Numbered from the stretch's first letter, positions 19,161 to 29,648 are shown. The stretch is DNA of 64,000 nt from Aggregatilineales bacterium (GCA_965215855.1 CBDCER010000003.1:2968880-3032879), one strand, 5' to 3'. Notes: generated from the sequence alone by a model not told the origin. A program made the numbers and translations.

Positions 19161-20581
19161 GGCCTAGTCTCTCCCTTGCGTTGTAATGTGAACACACCCA
19201 TCTGACTCGGTGCGCCAACTTTGGTATCTTCAGGGCCAATTGGCAAGAAGCGCACAGCATAACCGAATCGTTCCCCGATATTCGCTGCCCATTGCTGGAA
19301 TTCGGCGCGAGTCCACTCGAAGCGGTGATCTTTGTGGCGGAATTTGCCCCCAGGCAGCGATTCCCACATTACGTTGTACTCGCGATTGGGTGTGGTGATC
19401 ACGATAATCGCCGGACGAACGAACTCAAAGAGTACGCGCTCGAAAGCGGCCAGTCGTGGTTCGTCCAGATGCTCGATAACCTCCACAACTGCTGCTGCAT
19501 CATATCCTTCCAAGCGTGGGTCACGATACATCAACGAGCCATGAATCAACTCAATACGTTCTCGCTGGCGGGCTGGCATTCGCTCCAGCTTCAGGCGTTC
19601 GCTTGCCATTTCCAGCACCCGATAGGACACATCCATGCCTAAAATGTCAGTGAATTGCTTCTCAGTCAACAGACGCCGGAGCAACCGGCCTTCACCACAT
19701 CCCAGATCGAGGACGCGTTGTGTGCCACTATTTTTCAACACAGCCAGCACCGCTCCCAATCGTTGATCGTGGAGACTACTTTTTTCGGGAATGTGGTTTT
19801 CGATAGCCGTTTCTTCGGCATCTTGCACCACACTATCAACAAGATCATCATCATCGACCAACTGCGCCAGCGCCGTCTGGCGAAGCGTGCGTTGGTATTT
19901 TAGGTAGCGGTTGATGATGAGTTCTCGGGCGGGGTGGGGAGCTAACCACGTTTCGCCATGTTTGAGCAACTTTTCGACCTCGCCGTCGCCGACATAATAG
20001 TGTTTGCGATCATCTAGCACTGGAATGAGTACATACAGATGCGACAGCAACTCGCTCAGGCGTAGTGTGTGTTGCAAAGTGACCGTATAATATGGACTCA
20101 TGCCCCAATCAGGAAAAGATGGATCAAGCGCATGGCGCTCAATGGTCAGCGAATACCCCAGTGGTTCAAATAGCTTATGCAACAAGCTCTCTCCGCCCCG
20201 CGATGGCACAACACTGATATGAGCTTCGAGAGGGATGGGGATTTGAGCCAGTTGTGGGCGATCTTTGCAGCGACCCTGTAAGGCTGTGCCGTATACTTGG
20301 GCAATTGCCACGCTCAGAAACGACGACGCCACATAAGGTCGGTCATTGACGTATTGTGCCAGCGCGAAACTACTGCCACCCCGTACTAATTGCACTGAAT
20401 TGATATCGAGCAGCAAGGCGGCTGTACACCGATATTCCGTTGCTTCTGGATAGAATACATGCGCCTGCCCAAACGCCAAATCGAAGGTTTGGACGCGGGC
20501 CGGGTGCTTATAGAGTAAATAGCCCAAATCAGTCGCAGGTTGGTGTGTGGTAGTGATTGTCATCAGCATACAGTACGCCAT
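19157..20581 (-). CDS. hen1: RNA 3'-terminal ribose 2'-O-methyltransferase Hen1
   Basis: C-terminal SAM methyltransferase (VLDLGCGEGRLL) after a large Hen1 N-terminal domain. The stop TGA overlaps the pnkp ATG (ATGA). Confidence 0.9.
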   Translation of the reverse strand: MAYCMLMTITTTHQPATDLGYLLYKHPARVQTFDLAFGQAHVFYPEATEYRCTAALLLDINSVQLVRGGSSFALAQYVNDRPYVASSFLSVAIAQVYGTALQGRCKDRPQLAQIPIPLEAHISVVPSRGGESLLHKLFEPLGYSLTIERHALDPSFPDWGMSPYYTVTLQHTLRLSELLSHLYVLIPVLDDRKHYYVGDGEVEKLLKHGETWLAPHPARELIINRYLKYQRTLRQTALAQLVDDDDLVDSVVQDAEETAIENHIPEKSSLHDQRLGAVLAVLKNSGTQRVLDLGCGEGRLLRRLLTEKQFTDILGMDVSYRVLEMASERLKLERMPARQRERIELIHGSLMYRDPRLEGYDAAAVVEVIEHLDEPRLAAFERVLFEFVRPAIIVITTPNREYNVMWESLPGGKFRHKDHRFEWTRAEFQQWAANIGERFGYAVRFLPIGPEDTKVGAPSQMGVFTLQRKGETRP

Positions 20582-20656
20582 TCCTTGCCTTGTTTATATG
20601 TATGTTAAAGTATTTTTAAGGGTTGTAAAGGGTCAGATAGTTTGGATTTGATGAAG

Positions 20657-20692
20657 CAAAAACACCCGCACCAGATTTGGCGGCACGGGTGT
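20657..20692 (-). terminator. Rho-independent terminator of uvrB
   Basis: Minus-strand hairpin ACACCCGTGCC / GGTGCGGGTGT (11 bp, two wobbles), 9-nt loop, then TTTTT. Lies 28 nt after the uvrB stop. Confidence 0.65.
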
Positions 20693-20720
20693 TGGGATTT
20701 GGAACGGGGAGCTTTGGTTA

Positions 20721-22772
20721 TTAGTTGCCGAACTCACTTTCTTTGATCAACAACATGGAAAGATCCTCGCCATCAGAACGTTTGAGGACCATTGCCTGGC
20801 GCAACTCGATGATCTGGTCGCGTAAAATAGCCGCCTTCTCGAATTCTAGTCCTTTGGCGGCTTTCTTCATCTCGGCTTCAAGATCATGAATAAGGCGGGT
20901 TAAGTCATCAGCCGAAAGATCAGCAGGCGCAACCGTCTTTTCAGCAGCAAAATCATCGTCGGGTTCGCGCTTGAGTGTCTGGAGACGCTCGGTCAAATCG
21001 TGAATTTCTTTGACGATGCTGGCGGGTTCGATGCCGTGTTCCTGGTTATAGTCCATCTGAATTTCTCGACGTCGGTTGGTTTCGTCGATAGTGAATTGCA
21101 TAGCGGCAGTGACGCGGTCGGCATACATTAGCACTTTGCCTTCGATGTGGCGGGCGGCACGTCCGACATTCTGAATGAGAGCCGAGGAGGAGCGCAAGAA
21201 GCCTTCCTTATCAGCGTCCAGGATAGCGACCAGCGAGACTTCCGGCAAATCTAGCCCTTCTCGTAATAGGTTGACCCCGACGACAGTATCATAGACTCCC
21301 ATTCGCAGATCGCGCAGGATTTCGATGCGCTCCAATGTGTCAATTTCGGCGTGCAGATGGTGGGTTTTGATGCCCATTTCCAGGAGATATTCGGCCAGGT
21401 CTTCAGCCATGCGTTGCGTGAGTGTGACAATGAGTGCCCGTTGCCCAATCGAGACACGCTGCTCGACTTCACGCAACAGATCATCAATCTGGCCCTGCGT
21501 GGGGCGGACCTCGATGACAGGATCGACAATGCCAGTGGGCCGGATAACCTGTTGCACAATGCGGTCGTTGTGTTCTCGCTCAAAGGGGCCGGGCGTGGCC
21601 GACATATAGATGGTTTGGCCCATACGGTCCTGAAATTCATCGAAGTTCAGCGGACGGTTATCAAGGGCGCTGGGTAGGCGGAATCCGTATTCAACTAATG
21701 AGGATTTACGAGAGCGGTCTCCGTTGTGCATCCCGCGCACCTGGGGGACGGTCATGTGGCTTTCGTCCAACACCAGCAAGTAATCATCAGGCATGTAATC
21801 AAGCAGAGTCCAGGGAGGACTGCCTGGCGGACGCTGATCGAGGTGGCGCGAGTAGTTCTCAATGCCGCTGGTATAGCCTATTTCGCGGATCATCTCCAGA
21901 TCATAGCGGGTGCGTTGTTCCAGTCGTTGTGCTTCGACCAATTTGCCGTTTTGCTTCATATTGGATAGTTGTACATCCAACTCGACTTCGATGTCGTAGA
22001 TAGCCTTTTGCAACTTTTCTTCTTCGGTGACGAAGTGCTTGGCCGGGTAGAGTGAAATCTGAGTATGTTTGTTGAGAACTTCACCTGTAACCGGGTCGAA
22101 TTCGGTGATGCGTTCAATGTCGTCACCAAACATGGCAATACGGATGGCAGTCTGGTTATAGGGCGGCCAGATGTCCACCGTATCACCCCGCACTCGGAAT
22201 GTGCCCCGCCGTAGCTCGAAATCGTTGCGCGTGTAGTAAATGCTGATGAGGTGGCGCAGGATTAGATCGCGGCGGAGGACTTGTCCCTGGTGTAAATCAA
22301 GCGTGACTTTGTTCCAGGCAACAGGATTGCCGATGCCATAGATGCACGAGACGGAAGCGACAATCAATACATCACGGCGGGTCATTAATGAGACGGTGGC
22401 CGCTAGCCGCAGCCGATCAATGTCTTCGTTGATGTCCGCGTCTTTTTCGATGTAGAGATCTTTCTTGGCGATGTAGGCTTCGGGCTGATAGTAGTCGTAG
22501 TAGCTGACAAAATACTCGACGGCATTGTGGGGGAAAAATCCCTTGAACTCGGAGTAAAGTTGGGCGGCCAGTGTCTTGTTATGGGCGATAATGAGCGTGG
22601 GGCGATCCACCTGGGCAATAACATTGGCGAGGGTGAAGGTTTTGCCCGTGCCAGTTGCGCCCAGCAAAATCTGGTGCTTCAAATCATGGGTGAGTCCATC
22701 GACCAGTTCAGTGATTGCCTGGGGCTGGTCGCCAGTTGGTTGATAGTCTGAGACAAGTTGAAAACCAGTCAC
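20721..22772 (-). CDS. uvrB: Excinuclease ABC subunit B
   Basis: Walker A GATGTGKT, helicase motif DESH, conserved YDYYQPEAY hairpin region, C-terminal UVR domain ([13 protein letters not shown]). Confidence 0.97.
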   Translation of the reverse strand: MTGFQLVSDYQPTGDQPQAITELVDGLTHDLKHQILLGATGTGKTFTLANVIAQVDRPTLIIAHNKTLAAQLYSEFKGFFPHNAVEYFVSYYDYYQPEAYIAKKDLYIEKDADINEDIDRLRLAATVSLMTRRDVLIVASVSCIYGIGNPVAWNKVTLDLHQGQVLRRDLILRHLISIYYTRNDFELRRGTFRVRGDTVDIWPPYNQTAIRIAMFGDDIERITEFDPVTGEVLNKHTQISLYPAKHFVTEEEKLQKAIYDIEVELDVQLSNMKQNGKLVEAQRLEQRTRYDLEMIREIGYTSGIENYSRHLDQRPPGSPPWTLLDYMPDDYLLVLDESHMTVPQVRGMHNGDRSRKSSLVEYGFRLPSALDNRPLNFDEFQDRMGQTIYMSATPGPFEREHNDRIVQQVIRPTGIVDPVIEVRPTQGQIDDLLREVEQRVSIGQRALIVTLTQRMAEDLAEYLLEMGIKTHHLHAEIDTLERIEILRDLRMGVYDTVVGVNLLREGLDLPEVSLVAILDADKEGFLRSSSALIQNVGRAARHIEGKVLMYADRVTAAMQFTIDETNRRREIQMDYNQEHGIEPASIVKEIHDLTERLQTLKREPDDDFAAEKTVAPADLSADDLTRLIHDLEAEMKKAAKGLEFEKAAILRDQIIELRQAMVLKRSDGEDLSMLLIKESEFGN

Positions 22773-22820
22773 GATGCTCCCCTGAAACTACCTGCGAACA
22801 ACCGTTCTAGTATAACATAT

Positions 22821-23810
22821 TTAGCGCGTTCCGCGTAGGCGCAACATGAGATTCTCCAGCATAATTTGGTAGGTTTCGATGCTGAATAATTGGGAAATAA
22901 ATCTGAATAAACGACGGTACCATTCTGGTTTATGCCGTTTTTCATCCAGATGCCATTCCAGCACCTTAACCATAACGGCTAGTGCTAAGGTCAATACAAG
23001 ATATGTTAGTGCAACGATGTTCCAGGTTTCAAAAACGCGAAAGGTAGCAGTACCCAGATCGCGTCCCCGGCGGGTAACTTCTTTGACACCTAATGCAGAA
23101 GCCAGCGAACTCTCTTTAAGCATGGCAATGAAATCGTTACCAAGCGGGGGCAAAATGGTGCGAAATGCCTGGGGTAAAACAATCAATCGCAGGACCTGAA
23201 AACGATTGAGGCCAATGCTGCGAGCAGCTTCAATCTGACCAACGCCTACACTTTGAATACCGGCTCTAAAGACTTCAGACAAAAAGGCACTGTAGGAAAT
23301 TGCGAGCGCGATGATTGCTTTATATTCTGTTTTGAAGTCGCGGTTGCTAAGTTCTGCCAGATAAGTGCCTTTACCACCTATATCCAGGTCGTTTTCGACT
23401 AGCCAAATACCTAATTCATTTCCCCAACCAACGATTTTGGGAGCCAGAGCGAGCGCGAAGTATAGGAGTAGTACCAGTGAGGGGATGCCACGTATAATCT
23501 CAACATAAAGCGTGCTGATTTGGTAGAAGAAGAAATTGTTAGACAATCGCATCAACGCCAAAATCAACCCCATAACCAATGCTAACCCATAGGCACGTGT
23601 CGAGATGAAGATGGTCATACTGATGCCTTCTTTGACCCCATTCCACAGAGTTTGGTAGACAGGATCATCAGCAAAGTGAAGATAGAGGCGGAGAATGATG
23701 AGAATGGCAGCTAGCAACCACCAGGGCGCACGCTTAATACTCTGGATCAATAAATTGCGTTTCTGGGGATTAGGGCGTGTGGATGCAGGCGTCGTTTCTG
23801 CATAGGACAT
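22821..23810 (-). CDS. Amino-acid ABC transporter permease (His/Glu/Gln/Arg type)
   Basis: Multi-TM with EAA loop QIEAARSIGLNRFQVLRLIVLPQAFR. Confidence 0.85.
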   Translation of the reverse strand: MSYAETTPASTRPNPQKRNLLIQSIKRAPWWLLAAILIILRLYLHFADDPVYQTLWNGVKEGISMTIFISTRAYGLALVMGLILALMRLSNNFFFYQISTLYVEIIRGIPSLVLLLYFALALAPKIVGWGNELGIWLVENDLDIGGKGTYLAELSNRDFKTEYKAIIALAISYSAFLSEVFRAGIQSVGVGQIEAARSIGLNRFQVLRLIVLPQAFRTILPPLGNDFIAMLKESSLASALGVKEVTRRGRDLGTATFRVFETWNIVALTYLVLTLALAVMVKVLEWHLDEKRHKPEWYRRLFRFISQLFSIETYQIMLENLMLRLRGTR

Positions 23811-23881
23811 GGTGAAAATCCTGACAAAAAAGGAGGGAAGCGATGTGTCTCCCCTCCTTTGCGATCAAATTTTTATAGTCG

Positions 23882-25411
23882 TTATTCGACCTGAGCAGGC
23901 GTGTAGTCAAAGAACCATTTGTAATACAGATAGTCCAGATAACCATCTGCACGGAAGCTGGCAATGGCCGCGTTGATGGGTTCCACGAGTTCACTACCAA
24001 TGGGGAAGATGACGCCAAATTCGTCACGGGAGATTGGATCACCTATTAGCATAACCTGATCGGCAGTGGTGCTGACGAAACCAGCCGCAGCCGAGGCATC
24101 GGCGGGGATGGCATCAATGTCACCAACCAGGAGTGCTTGTACCATCGTACCAAAGTCGTCATAGATGATACGCTGCTCGTCGGGCACAGCACCCATCGTG
24201 ACCCAGAAGCCTGCGGAGCCTGCCTGTACACCCAGGAGCAGGTCGGAATCGGCGGCCATTTCTTCGAGTGTGGAGAAGCGGTCTTCATCGGCCCGCACCA
24301 GCAAGAACTGGTCGAGATTGATGTAGGGATCACTGAAATCAACAATGCTCCTGCGTTCTTCAATGATGCTGATGCCGGTGATGCCCATGTCATAATCGCC
24401 TTGTCCAACGGCGGGAATCAACGCATCGAAGCTGATGATCTCGAAACTCAGAGTGCAATTGAGCCGGGCACACATTTCTTCCAGCATGTCATATTCATAG
24501 CCCAGAACCTCGCCCGTCACCGCGTCTTCAAACTGGAAGGGGACATAGAGATTTTCAACAGCCACAACGATTTCTTGCCCGCCCAAATCTGGCATACCCG
24601 CGTACAGCGTGCCATCAGCAGACGCATAATCGAAGAACCATTTATGGTAGAGATAATCCAGGTAGCCATCTTGTTTGAGGCTGGTGAGGGCGGCGTTCAT
24701 GGGTTCAACCAGATCGCTGCCAATGGGGAAGATGATGCCGAACTCATCACGCGAGAGTGGCTCACCGACTAGCTTGACTGCATCGGCGGTGGTGCTGACG
24801 AAACCAGCCGCAGCCGAAGCATCGGCAGGAATGGCGTCAATATCACCAACCAGGAGAGCCTGTACCATCGTGCCAAAGTCATCATAAATGATGCGTTGGT
24901 CTTCGGGGACGGCATCCATTGTGACCCAGAAACCTGCTGAACCAGCCTGTACACCCAGGAGCAGGTCAGAGTTGGCAGCCATTTCTTCGAGCGTGGTGAA
25001 ACGGTCTTCATCGGCCCGCACCAGCAAGAATTGGTCGAGGTTGATGTAGGGATCGCTGAAATCGACAATGCTCTTGCGTTCTTCAATGATGCTGATGCCA
25101 GTGATGCCCATGTCGTAATCGCCTTGTCCAACAGCAGGAATCAACGCATCGAAGCTGATGATTTCAAAGGTCATGGTGCAGTTGATACGCTCACAAATTT
25201 CTTCGAGCATATCATATTCGTAACCCATCACCTCACCAGTGGTGGGGTTCTCGAATTGGAACGGCACATAGAGGTTTTCGACGGCGACAACGATTTCCAT
25301 GCCTTCCAGATCCGGCAGGTCAGTGTAGACCGGGCCAGCAGCAGAAGCGGGGAGAAGCAGAGATGCCAACAACAGCATCATGCTCAGTAAAACAAGGTAA
25401 CTTTTCTTCAT
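23882..25411 (-). CDS. Amino-acid ABC substrate-binding protein with two tandem family-3 binding domains
   Basis: Signal peptide, then two 241-aa SBP_bac_3-like halves that are nearly the same sequence (..[52 protein letters not shown]..). Confidence 0.85.
   Translation of the reverse strand: MKKSYLVLLSMMLLLASLLLPASAAGPVYTDLPDLEGMEIVVAVENLYVPFQFENPTTGEVMGYEYDMLEEICERINCTMTFEIISFDALIPAVGQGDYDMGITGISIIEERKSIVDFSDPYINLDQFLLVRADEDRFTTLEEMAANSDLLLGVQAGSAGFWVTMDAVPEDQRIIYDDFGTMVQALLVGDIDAIPADASAAAGFVSTTADAVKLVGEPLSRDEFGIIFPIGSDLVEPMNAALTSLKQDGYLDYLYHKWFFDYASADGTLYAGMPDLGGQEIVVAVENLYVPFQFEDAVTGEVLGYEYDMLEEMCARLNCTLSFEIISFDALIPAVGQGDYDMGITGISIIEERRSIVDFSDPYINLDQFLLVRADEDRFSTLEEMAADSDLLLGVQAGSAGFWVTMGAVPDEQRIIYDDFGTMVQALLVGDIDAIPADASAAAGFVSTTADQVMLIGDPISRDEFGVIFPIGSELVEPINAAIASFRADGYLDYLYYKWFFDYTPAQVE
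23888..25333. repeat. In-frame tandem duplication, 2 x 723 bp, inside the binding-protein gene
   Basis: The halves 23888-24610 and 24611-25333 align with high nucleotide identity. The antisense shadow ORFs 24046-24408 and 24769-25131 are both 120 aa and exactly 723 nt apart. Confidence 0.85.
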
Positions 25412-25563
25412 GTGTTAGGCTCCTAAAACGTCAAATATCGAGCATCTATAGTCTAGTCACGAACGCGGGTTCTGGCAAAAAATGTTATAGTTGGAATCGG
25501 TTTGTTTCAAAAGATGAGAGATATATTGCCATCAGCAATCTACCAGTTCCGCATGAAACCTCA

Positions 25564-26490
25564 TTGGATCAAAATCCGGCAGTTGTCTATTTGGCGACTC
25601 TGAATACAGCCAGTGGACGACGCTCTATGCGCCAGGCACTTGATACTATCGCGGCGTTGTTGACGGGCAATGCCGATGCGCTAGTCTGCAATTGGTCGAT
25701 GTTGCGTTTTCAACATACAATGGCGATTCGTGCCGGATTGGTTGAGCATTACAAACCCGCGACGGTCAATAAGATGCTGTCTGCGTTGCGGGGTGTACTG
25801 AAGGCCGCCTGGTTGTTGGGGCAGATGGCGGCAGAGGATTATCACAAAGCGGTGACTGTGCCCAGTGTGCGGAATGAGACACTGCCGGCTGGACGCGAGG
25901 TGGAGACGGGAGAAATCATGGCATTGATTGGAGCCTGCCATGAAGATGACCGCCCAGCGGGTGTGCGGGATGCTGCTTTGGTCGCCGTGTTATATGGGGC
26001 TGGTTTGCGACGTGCCGAGATTGTGAGCTTGAAGCTAACCGACTATACACCCGCACAAGGGCGGTTGGTGGTGAAAGGTAAAGGGCGCAAAGAACGGATT
26101 GCATGGTTGAATCGAGGAGCCGTTGCTGCGATGGAGGATTGGTTGGCGTTACGTGGGCAGTGGGACGGCCCGTTGTTTTGTCCAATTAATAAAGCTGGAA
26201 AATTGGTTAACCGGCATTTGACGACGCAGTCAGTCTATTTTATATTGCAAAAACGCGCCGATGAAGCCGAGGTCAATGCGTTCAGCCCTCACGATCTGCG
26301 ACGGACTTTTGTCAGCAATTTACTGGATGCAGGGGCGGATATTTCTACTGTGTCGAAAATGGCGGGACATGCCAATGTGCAGACAACTGCTCGTTATGAC
26401 CGGCGTTCGGAGGAAACCAAACGGCAGGCGGCGGAGTTGTTGCATGTGCCCTATAAACGAGGAAAGAAGCGAGATAATGCTGCCGATTGA
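25564..26490 (+). CDS. Tyrosine recombinase / phage-type integrase (catalytically complete)
   Basis: Catalytic set present: GAGLRRAE, GKGRKER, HDLRRTF, GHANVQTTARY. The ORF is open from 25363, but that start overlaps the divergent SBP gene. The in-frame TTG at 25564 is a plausible start (uncertain). Confidence 0.8.
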   Translation: MDQNPAVVYLATLNTASGRRSMRQALDTIAALLTGNADALVCNWSMLRFQHTMAIRAGLVEHYKPATVNKMLSALRGVLKAAWLLGQMAAEDYHKAVTVPSVRNETLPAGREVETGEIMALIGACHEDDRPAGVRDAALVAVLYGAGLRRAEIVSLKLTDYTPAQGRLVVKGKGRKERIAWLNRGAVAAMEDWLALRGQWDGPLFCPINKAGKLVNRHLTTQSVYFILQKRADEAEVNAFSPHDLRRTFVSNLLDAGADISTVSKMAGHANVQTTARYDRRSEETKRQAAELLHVPYKRGKKRDNAAD

Positions 26491-26833
26491 CCATCAGATT
26501 TCGTTTTTTTACACGCTCGATTTGGAAGTTACTGCACATTTCTATGAACAAGTCATGGGATTGCCCTTGTACAAAGATCAGGGTGATTGTCGAATTTATC
26601 AGGTGAGTGAGGCAGCATATATTGGCTTTTGTCAGCGAGAAAAAACACCAGTGAAACCGCAGGGCATCATCATCTGTCTGGTGACCCCAGAAGTTGATGC
26701 CTGGTATGAACAGTTGCGGGGACAAGGTGTTCCTTTTGAGAAACCGCCAACACTCAATCGAAAATACAATATTTATCATTGTTTCTTGCGTGATCCCAAT
26801 GGCTATTTAATTGAAATACAGCGTTTTTTGTAG
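26477..26833 (+). CDS. VOC (glyoxalase/bleomycin-resistance/dioxygenase) family protein
   Basis: The ATG at 26477 overlaps the integrase stop by 14 nt. VOC-like beta-alpha-beta motifs (FYEQVMGLPL.., CFLRDPNGYLIEI). Confidence 0.75.
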   Translation: MLPIDHQISFFYTLDLEVTAHFYEQVMGLPLYKDQGDCRIYQVSEAAYIGFCQREKTPVKPQGIIICLVTPEVDAWYEQLRGQGVPFEKPPTLNRKYNIYHCFLRDPNGYLIEIQRFL

Positions 26834-26839
26834 GAGATC

Positions 26840-27547
26840 TTGGCAATGCAAGATGATTATTTTGACCCAAATGTTTTTGATCCCAATTTTTATCCGGGCG
26901 GTGACTTTCCCCAAAAACAAAAAGGCTATACTTGGAGCGAAGCCTGGACTGAGGCCGTACTGCATCCCTCGGAGCGCACATACCAGCAAATCATATCTGA
27001 CCCACGGGCGTCGTTGGGGCGAGCGATGATGTGGGTTAGCGGTGCGATGATCTTCAACTTGATGGTTTCAGTGATCTATTTTCTGATTGCTGGTCCGCCT
27101 AATATGGATAATTATGCACAATTAAGCGATCAAAACCAGATCACCATTAATTCTGGCTCCGTTATGATCGCGGTTATTTGTTGCTCGCCGTTTATTATCG
27201 GGATTGCATTAATCATCCTGGGTGTGCTAGCAAGCATCATGCATGTTCCGGCGCTGCTTATGGGCGGCAGTGGCAGTTTTGAAAAATTGATCTATGCGCT
27301 ATCGGCTTTTTATGCACCACTATTGGTTATTGGTGTGTTCTTCAGTTTCATCCCGATTCCGGTACTGACTTCGTTGTTGAGTTTGGTTTTGCTTGTCTAT
27401 CAGGTGATACTAGCGGCGATTGCAATCAAAGTGGTACATCGTTTTGGGTGGGCTGAGGCTATTGTTTCGGCATTGGCCCCGATGTTTTTGCTGTTTGTTC
27501 TGTTTTGTGGCCTGGTTGGATTCGGAGTATTTTTGGTTGGTGCATGA
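26840..27547 (+). CDS. Yip1-like multi-pass membrane protein
   Basis: Soluble N-terminus, then about 5 TM helices. Layout resembles Yip1/DUF1282 proteins. Weak assignment. Confidence 0.55.
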   Translation: MAMQDDYFDPNVFDPNFYPGGDFPQKQKGYTWSEAWTEAVLHPSERTYQQIISDPRASLGRAMMWVSGAMIFNLMVSVIYFLIAGPPNMDNYAQLSDQNQITINSGSVMIAVICCSPFIIGIALIILGVLASIMHVPALLMGGSGSFEKLIYALSAFYAPLLVIGVFFSFIPIPVLTSLLSLVLLVYQVILAAIAIKVVHRFGWAEAIVSALAPMFLLFVLFCGLVGFGVFLVGA

Positions 27548-27563
27548 TAAGTAATAGAAAACT

Positions 27564-27594
27564 GGGCGGCTTTCGCACACCAGATAAGCCGCCC
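27564..27594 (-). terminator. Hairpin in convergent gap, likely terminator of the 27606-29477 gene
   Basis: Perfect 8-bp stem GGGCGGCT / AGCCGCCC. On the minus strand it is followed by AGTTTTC. Confidence 0.45.
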
Positions 27595-27605
27595 ATCTCC
27601 CAGCA

Positions 27606-29477
27606 CTATTGGAGTTCGAGGCTCAGTTCGTATTGTCCCTGACCACCAAAGCGCGCGGCGCGGATGACATAGTTGCCGCTGGCACTAAATGTAAAACGAA
27701 TAATCGAGTCAGTTTCTTGTAAATCAGTGGCGGTCACACCCACATCATCGTTTTCGGCTAGGCGATTATAATTGGCATCGAAGAGAATAAGGTAGGTATC
27801 CAAGTTTTGCTCAACACTGATGTCGCGCATCGTGATGACAACTTGGTCTCCCATTTGTGCGGAGAAAACATAATCATTGCGGTTGGAGGCGTTGTTGAGT
27901 ATGCCGATGACTATATCGCCATAGACAATGTCGCCCCCATCCGCCAATTCCTCGGATGCACCCTGGCTTTCAGTGATGGCTGGGGTGCGGGCCGATAACG
28001 TCAGGTTACCTTCTCCGGAAAATGTGAAAGCCTGAGCTTGGGCAAAACCAGTATCGGGATGGGTTTCAGCGAAGTACATGGTAATTCCATCAGGGCCAGC
28101 CGTTACACCACCAGGGTGTGCATATTCACCAGGTTGGAAGGCGCTGCCACGCTCAGTATCATAGGGAAATCCAAAGCGATCTAGCACGACACCTGCTGCG
28201 TTCATGAGCAGGAAACCCTCATTAGCGGTTGCTACAACGAGGCGACCACCAGTGCTGACACTGATGTCAGTTGGAACGGCTGTGGTCAGAAAATCGGCGG
28301 CAATGCCAGTCGCAATGCGGTCGCCACGCCAGGTTAGAACGTTGATGCCGCCGCCTTCTCCCACAACATAAATTCGGTCTGCGTCCAAATCCATATCCAG
28401 GCGGACATTATGAAGGTCAGGATGGATGGTGCTGAGATCGACCATTGCGATAAAGTTTCCATCCTGATCATAGCGATAGAGACGGTTGTAGGGCGCGGTA
28501 GTGTGGCCTTCAGAAGCCGTCCAAACATCACCGGATTGTGAAACGGCGATAGTACGTGGCATTCCTGGTGCAAACTGGCCCGGTTCATCGCCAGCTATCC
28601 CCCAGGTTTGTTGGAGGTTGCCGACCCGGTCGATGATCATAATGTGGCGTCCCTGATTGGTGGTGGCGTTGGCAAAATACAATCTCAAGTCTGGACTGAT
28701 GGCAACGTCCGTTAGGTTATCGTCGGCAAATATCGGCCCCAAAAAGTTGAGGAAATCGCCCGTTTCTTGATCCAACGCCATAAAACCACGCGATCCAGCT
28801 GCCATATAGACGACGTTGTAGGGATCATAGGTGATACCGCCCAGTGTAATTTCGGACTGTTCCCGAATCTGGGCTGTCTGGAAATGCCACAGAACACCAC
28901 CATCGGAATCGGGCACATTGTCAAGTGGGCTACTCATATTGAGTGGCAAGGTGAACTGGATGGATTGCATAATCTCGGTAAGTTGTTGGCTGGCAGCGAG
29001 CCACAATGCTTGGGGAGCGATGCCGCGCACGATGGCAACACGACCATCAGTAGATAATAGTAGGGCAACCCGTGTGGTCAAGGCACTGTTGTCCACAGTG
29101 AATTCGATCTGGTAACCATTGGCGTTGCCATATGCTACTTCAATAGGTTCGGTAGCAACTGCCCCAGGCAGCACAAGTTCCTGAATTCGTTGGGCTAGTT
29201 GAGTAACATTTTCCAGTCCCAGGTCACTATAATTGCCCATACGGACCAGCAGGATGAGGTTTTGGGGTGTTTGCCCTACTTCAAGACGCGCAACATCAGA
29301 CTCGGATCCAGCGGTCAACCGGACGTCATCGGCACGGACTTGCCAATGGGTTGGCATATTAAAGGCAATGCCCAGATCGGGGTTCTCGTATGGGGTCACG
29401 CTGCTGGTATCTTGAGCATGAATGATAGAAGTGGGCGACAAAAATAAGCAAATTAAAATGAGACGAATCCACCACAT
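27606..29477 (-). CDS. Exported beta-propeller (NHL-like) protein with C-terminal pre-peptidase (PPC) domain
   Basis: Signal peptide, repetitive propeller-like middle region, and a C-terminal PPC-type module (DYVFSAQMGDQVVITM..DTYLILFDANYNRLAENDD..GNYVIRAARFGG). Confidence 0.7.
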   Translation of the reverse strand: MWWIRLILICLFLSPTSIIHAQDTSSVTPYENPDLGIAFNMPTHWQVRADDVRLTAGSESDVARLEVGQTPQNLILLVRMGNYSDLGLENVTQLAQRIQELVLPGAVATEPIEVAYGNANGYQIEFTVDNSALTTRVALLLSTDGRVAIVRGIAPQALWLAASQQLTEIMQSIQFTLPLNMSSPLDNVPDSDGGVLWHFQTAQIREQSEITLGGITYDPYNVVYMAAGSRGFMALDQETGDFLNFLGPIFADDNLTDVAISPDLRLYFANATTNQGRHIMIIDRVGNLQQTWGIAGDEPGQFAPGMPRTIAVSQSGDVWTASEGHTTAPYNRLYRYDQDGNFIAMVDLSTIHPDLHNVRLDMDLDADRIYVVGEGGGINVLTWRGDRIATGIAADFLTTAVPTDISVSTGGRLVVATANEGFLLMNAAGVVLDRFGFPYDTERGSAFQPGEYAHPGGVTAGPDGITMYFAETHPDTGFAQAQAFTFSGEGNLTLSARTPAITESQGASEELADGGDIVYGDIVIGILNNASNRNDYVFSAQMGDQVVITMRDISVEQNLDTYLILFDANYNRLAENDDVGVTATDLQETDSIIRFTFSASGNYVIRAARFGGQGQYELSLELQ

Positions 29478-29648
29478 GCGTTATAATCCTCCAAAGTTGA
29501 TAGCATATTTTATGCCATTGTACGCCATTGTATCGAGAATCATTCTATTGAGAAGGATAGGAAGCGGTAAGGCGTGCAGCAAGCGTAGAGTAGGCGACAG
29601 CTTTAAACTGTAGTACGATAACTATAACCAAAGTGAAAATCGTAAAGA

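Noticed and set aside
23888-25333. The repeat-rich region was checked as a possible CRISPR array or satellite.
   Set aside because: There are only two long (723-bp) in-frame units that encode a duplicated protein domain. There is no short repeat/spacer periodicity. No CRISPR-like array was seen anywhere in the window.
25363-25563. The upstream extension of the integrase ORF, and the 26261-26476 extension of the VOC ORF.
   Set aside because: The first overlaps the start of the divergent binding-protein gene and precedes the conserved N-terminal block. The second lies inside the integrase coding region in another frame. Internal starts (TTG 25564, ATG 26477) fit the homologous regions. The exact integrase start remains uncertain.
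25564-26833. Integron hypothesis: an integrase followed by a small VOC cassette-like gene.
   Set aside because: The downstream gene is on the same strand and overlaps the integrase stop, whereas integron cassettes are transcribed divergently from intI. No attC-like imperfect palindromes were seen after the small genes. The integrase shows no obvious IntI-specific insertion by eye.
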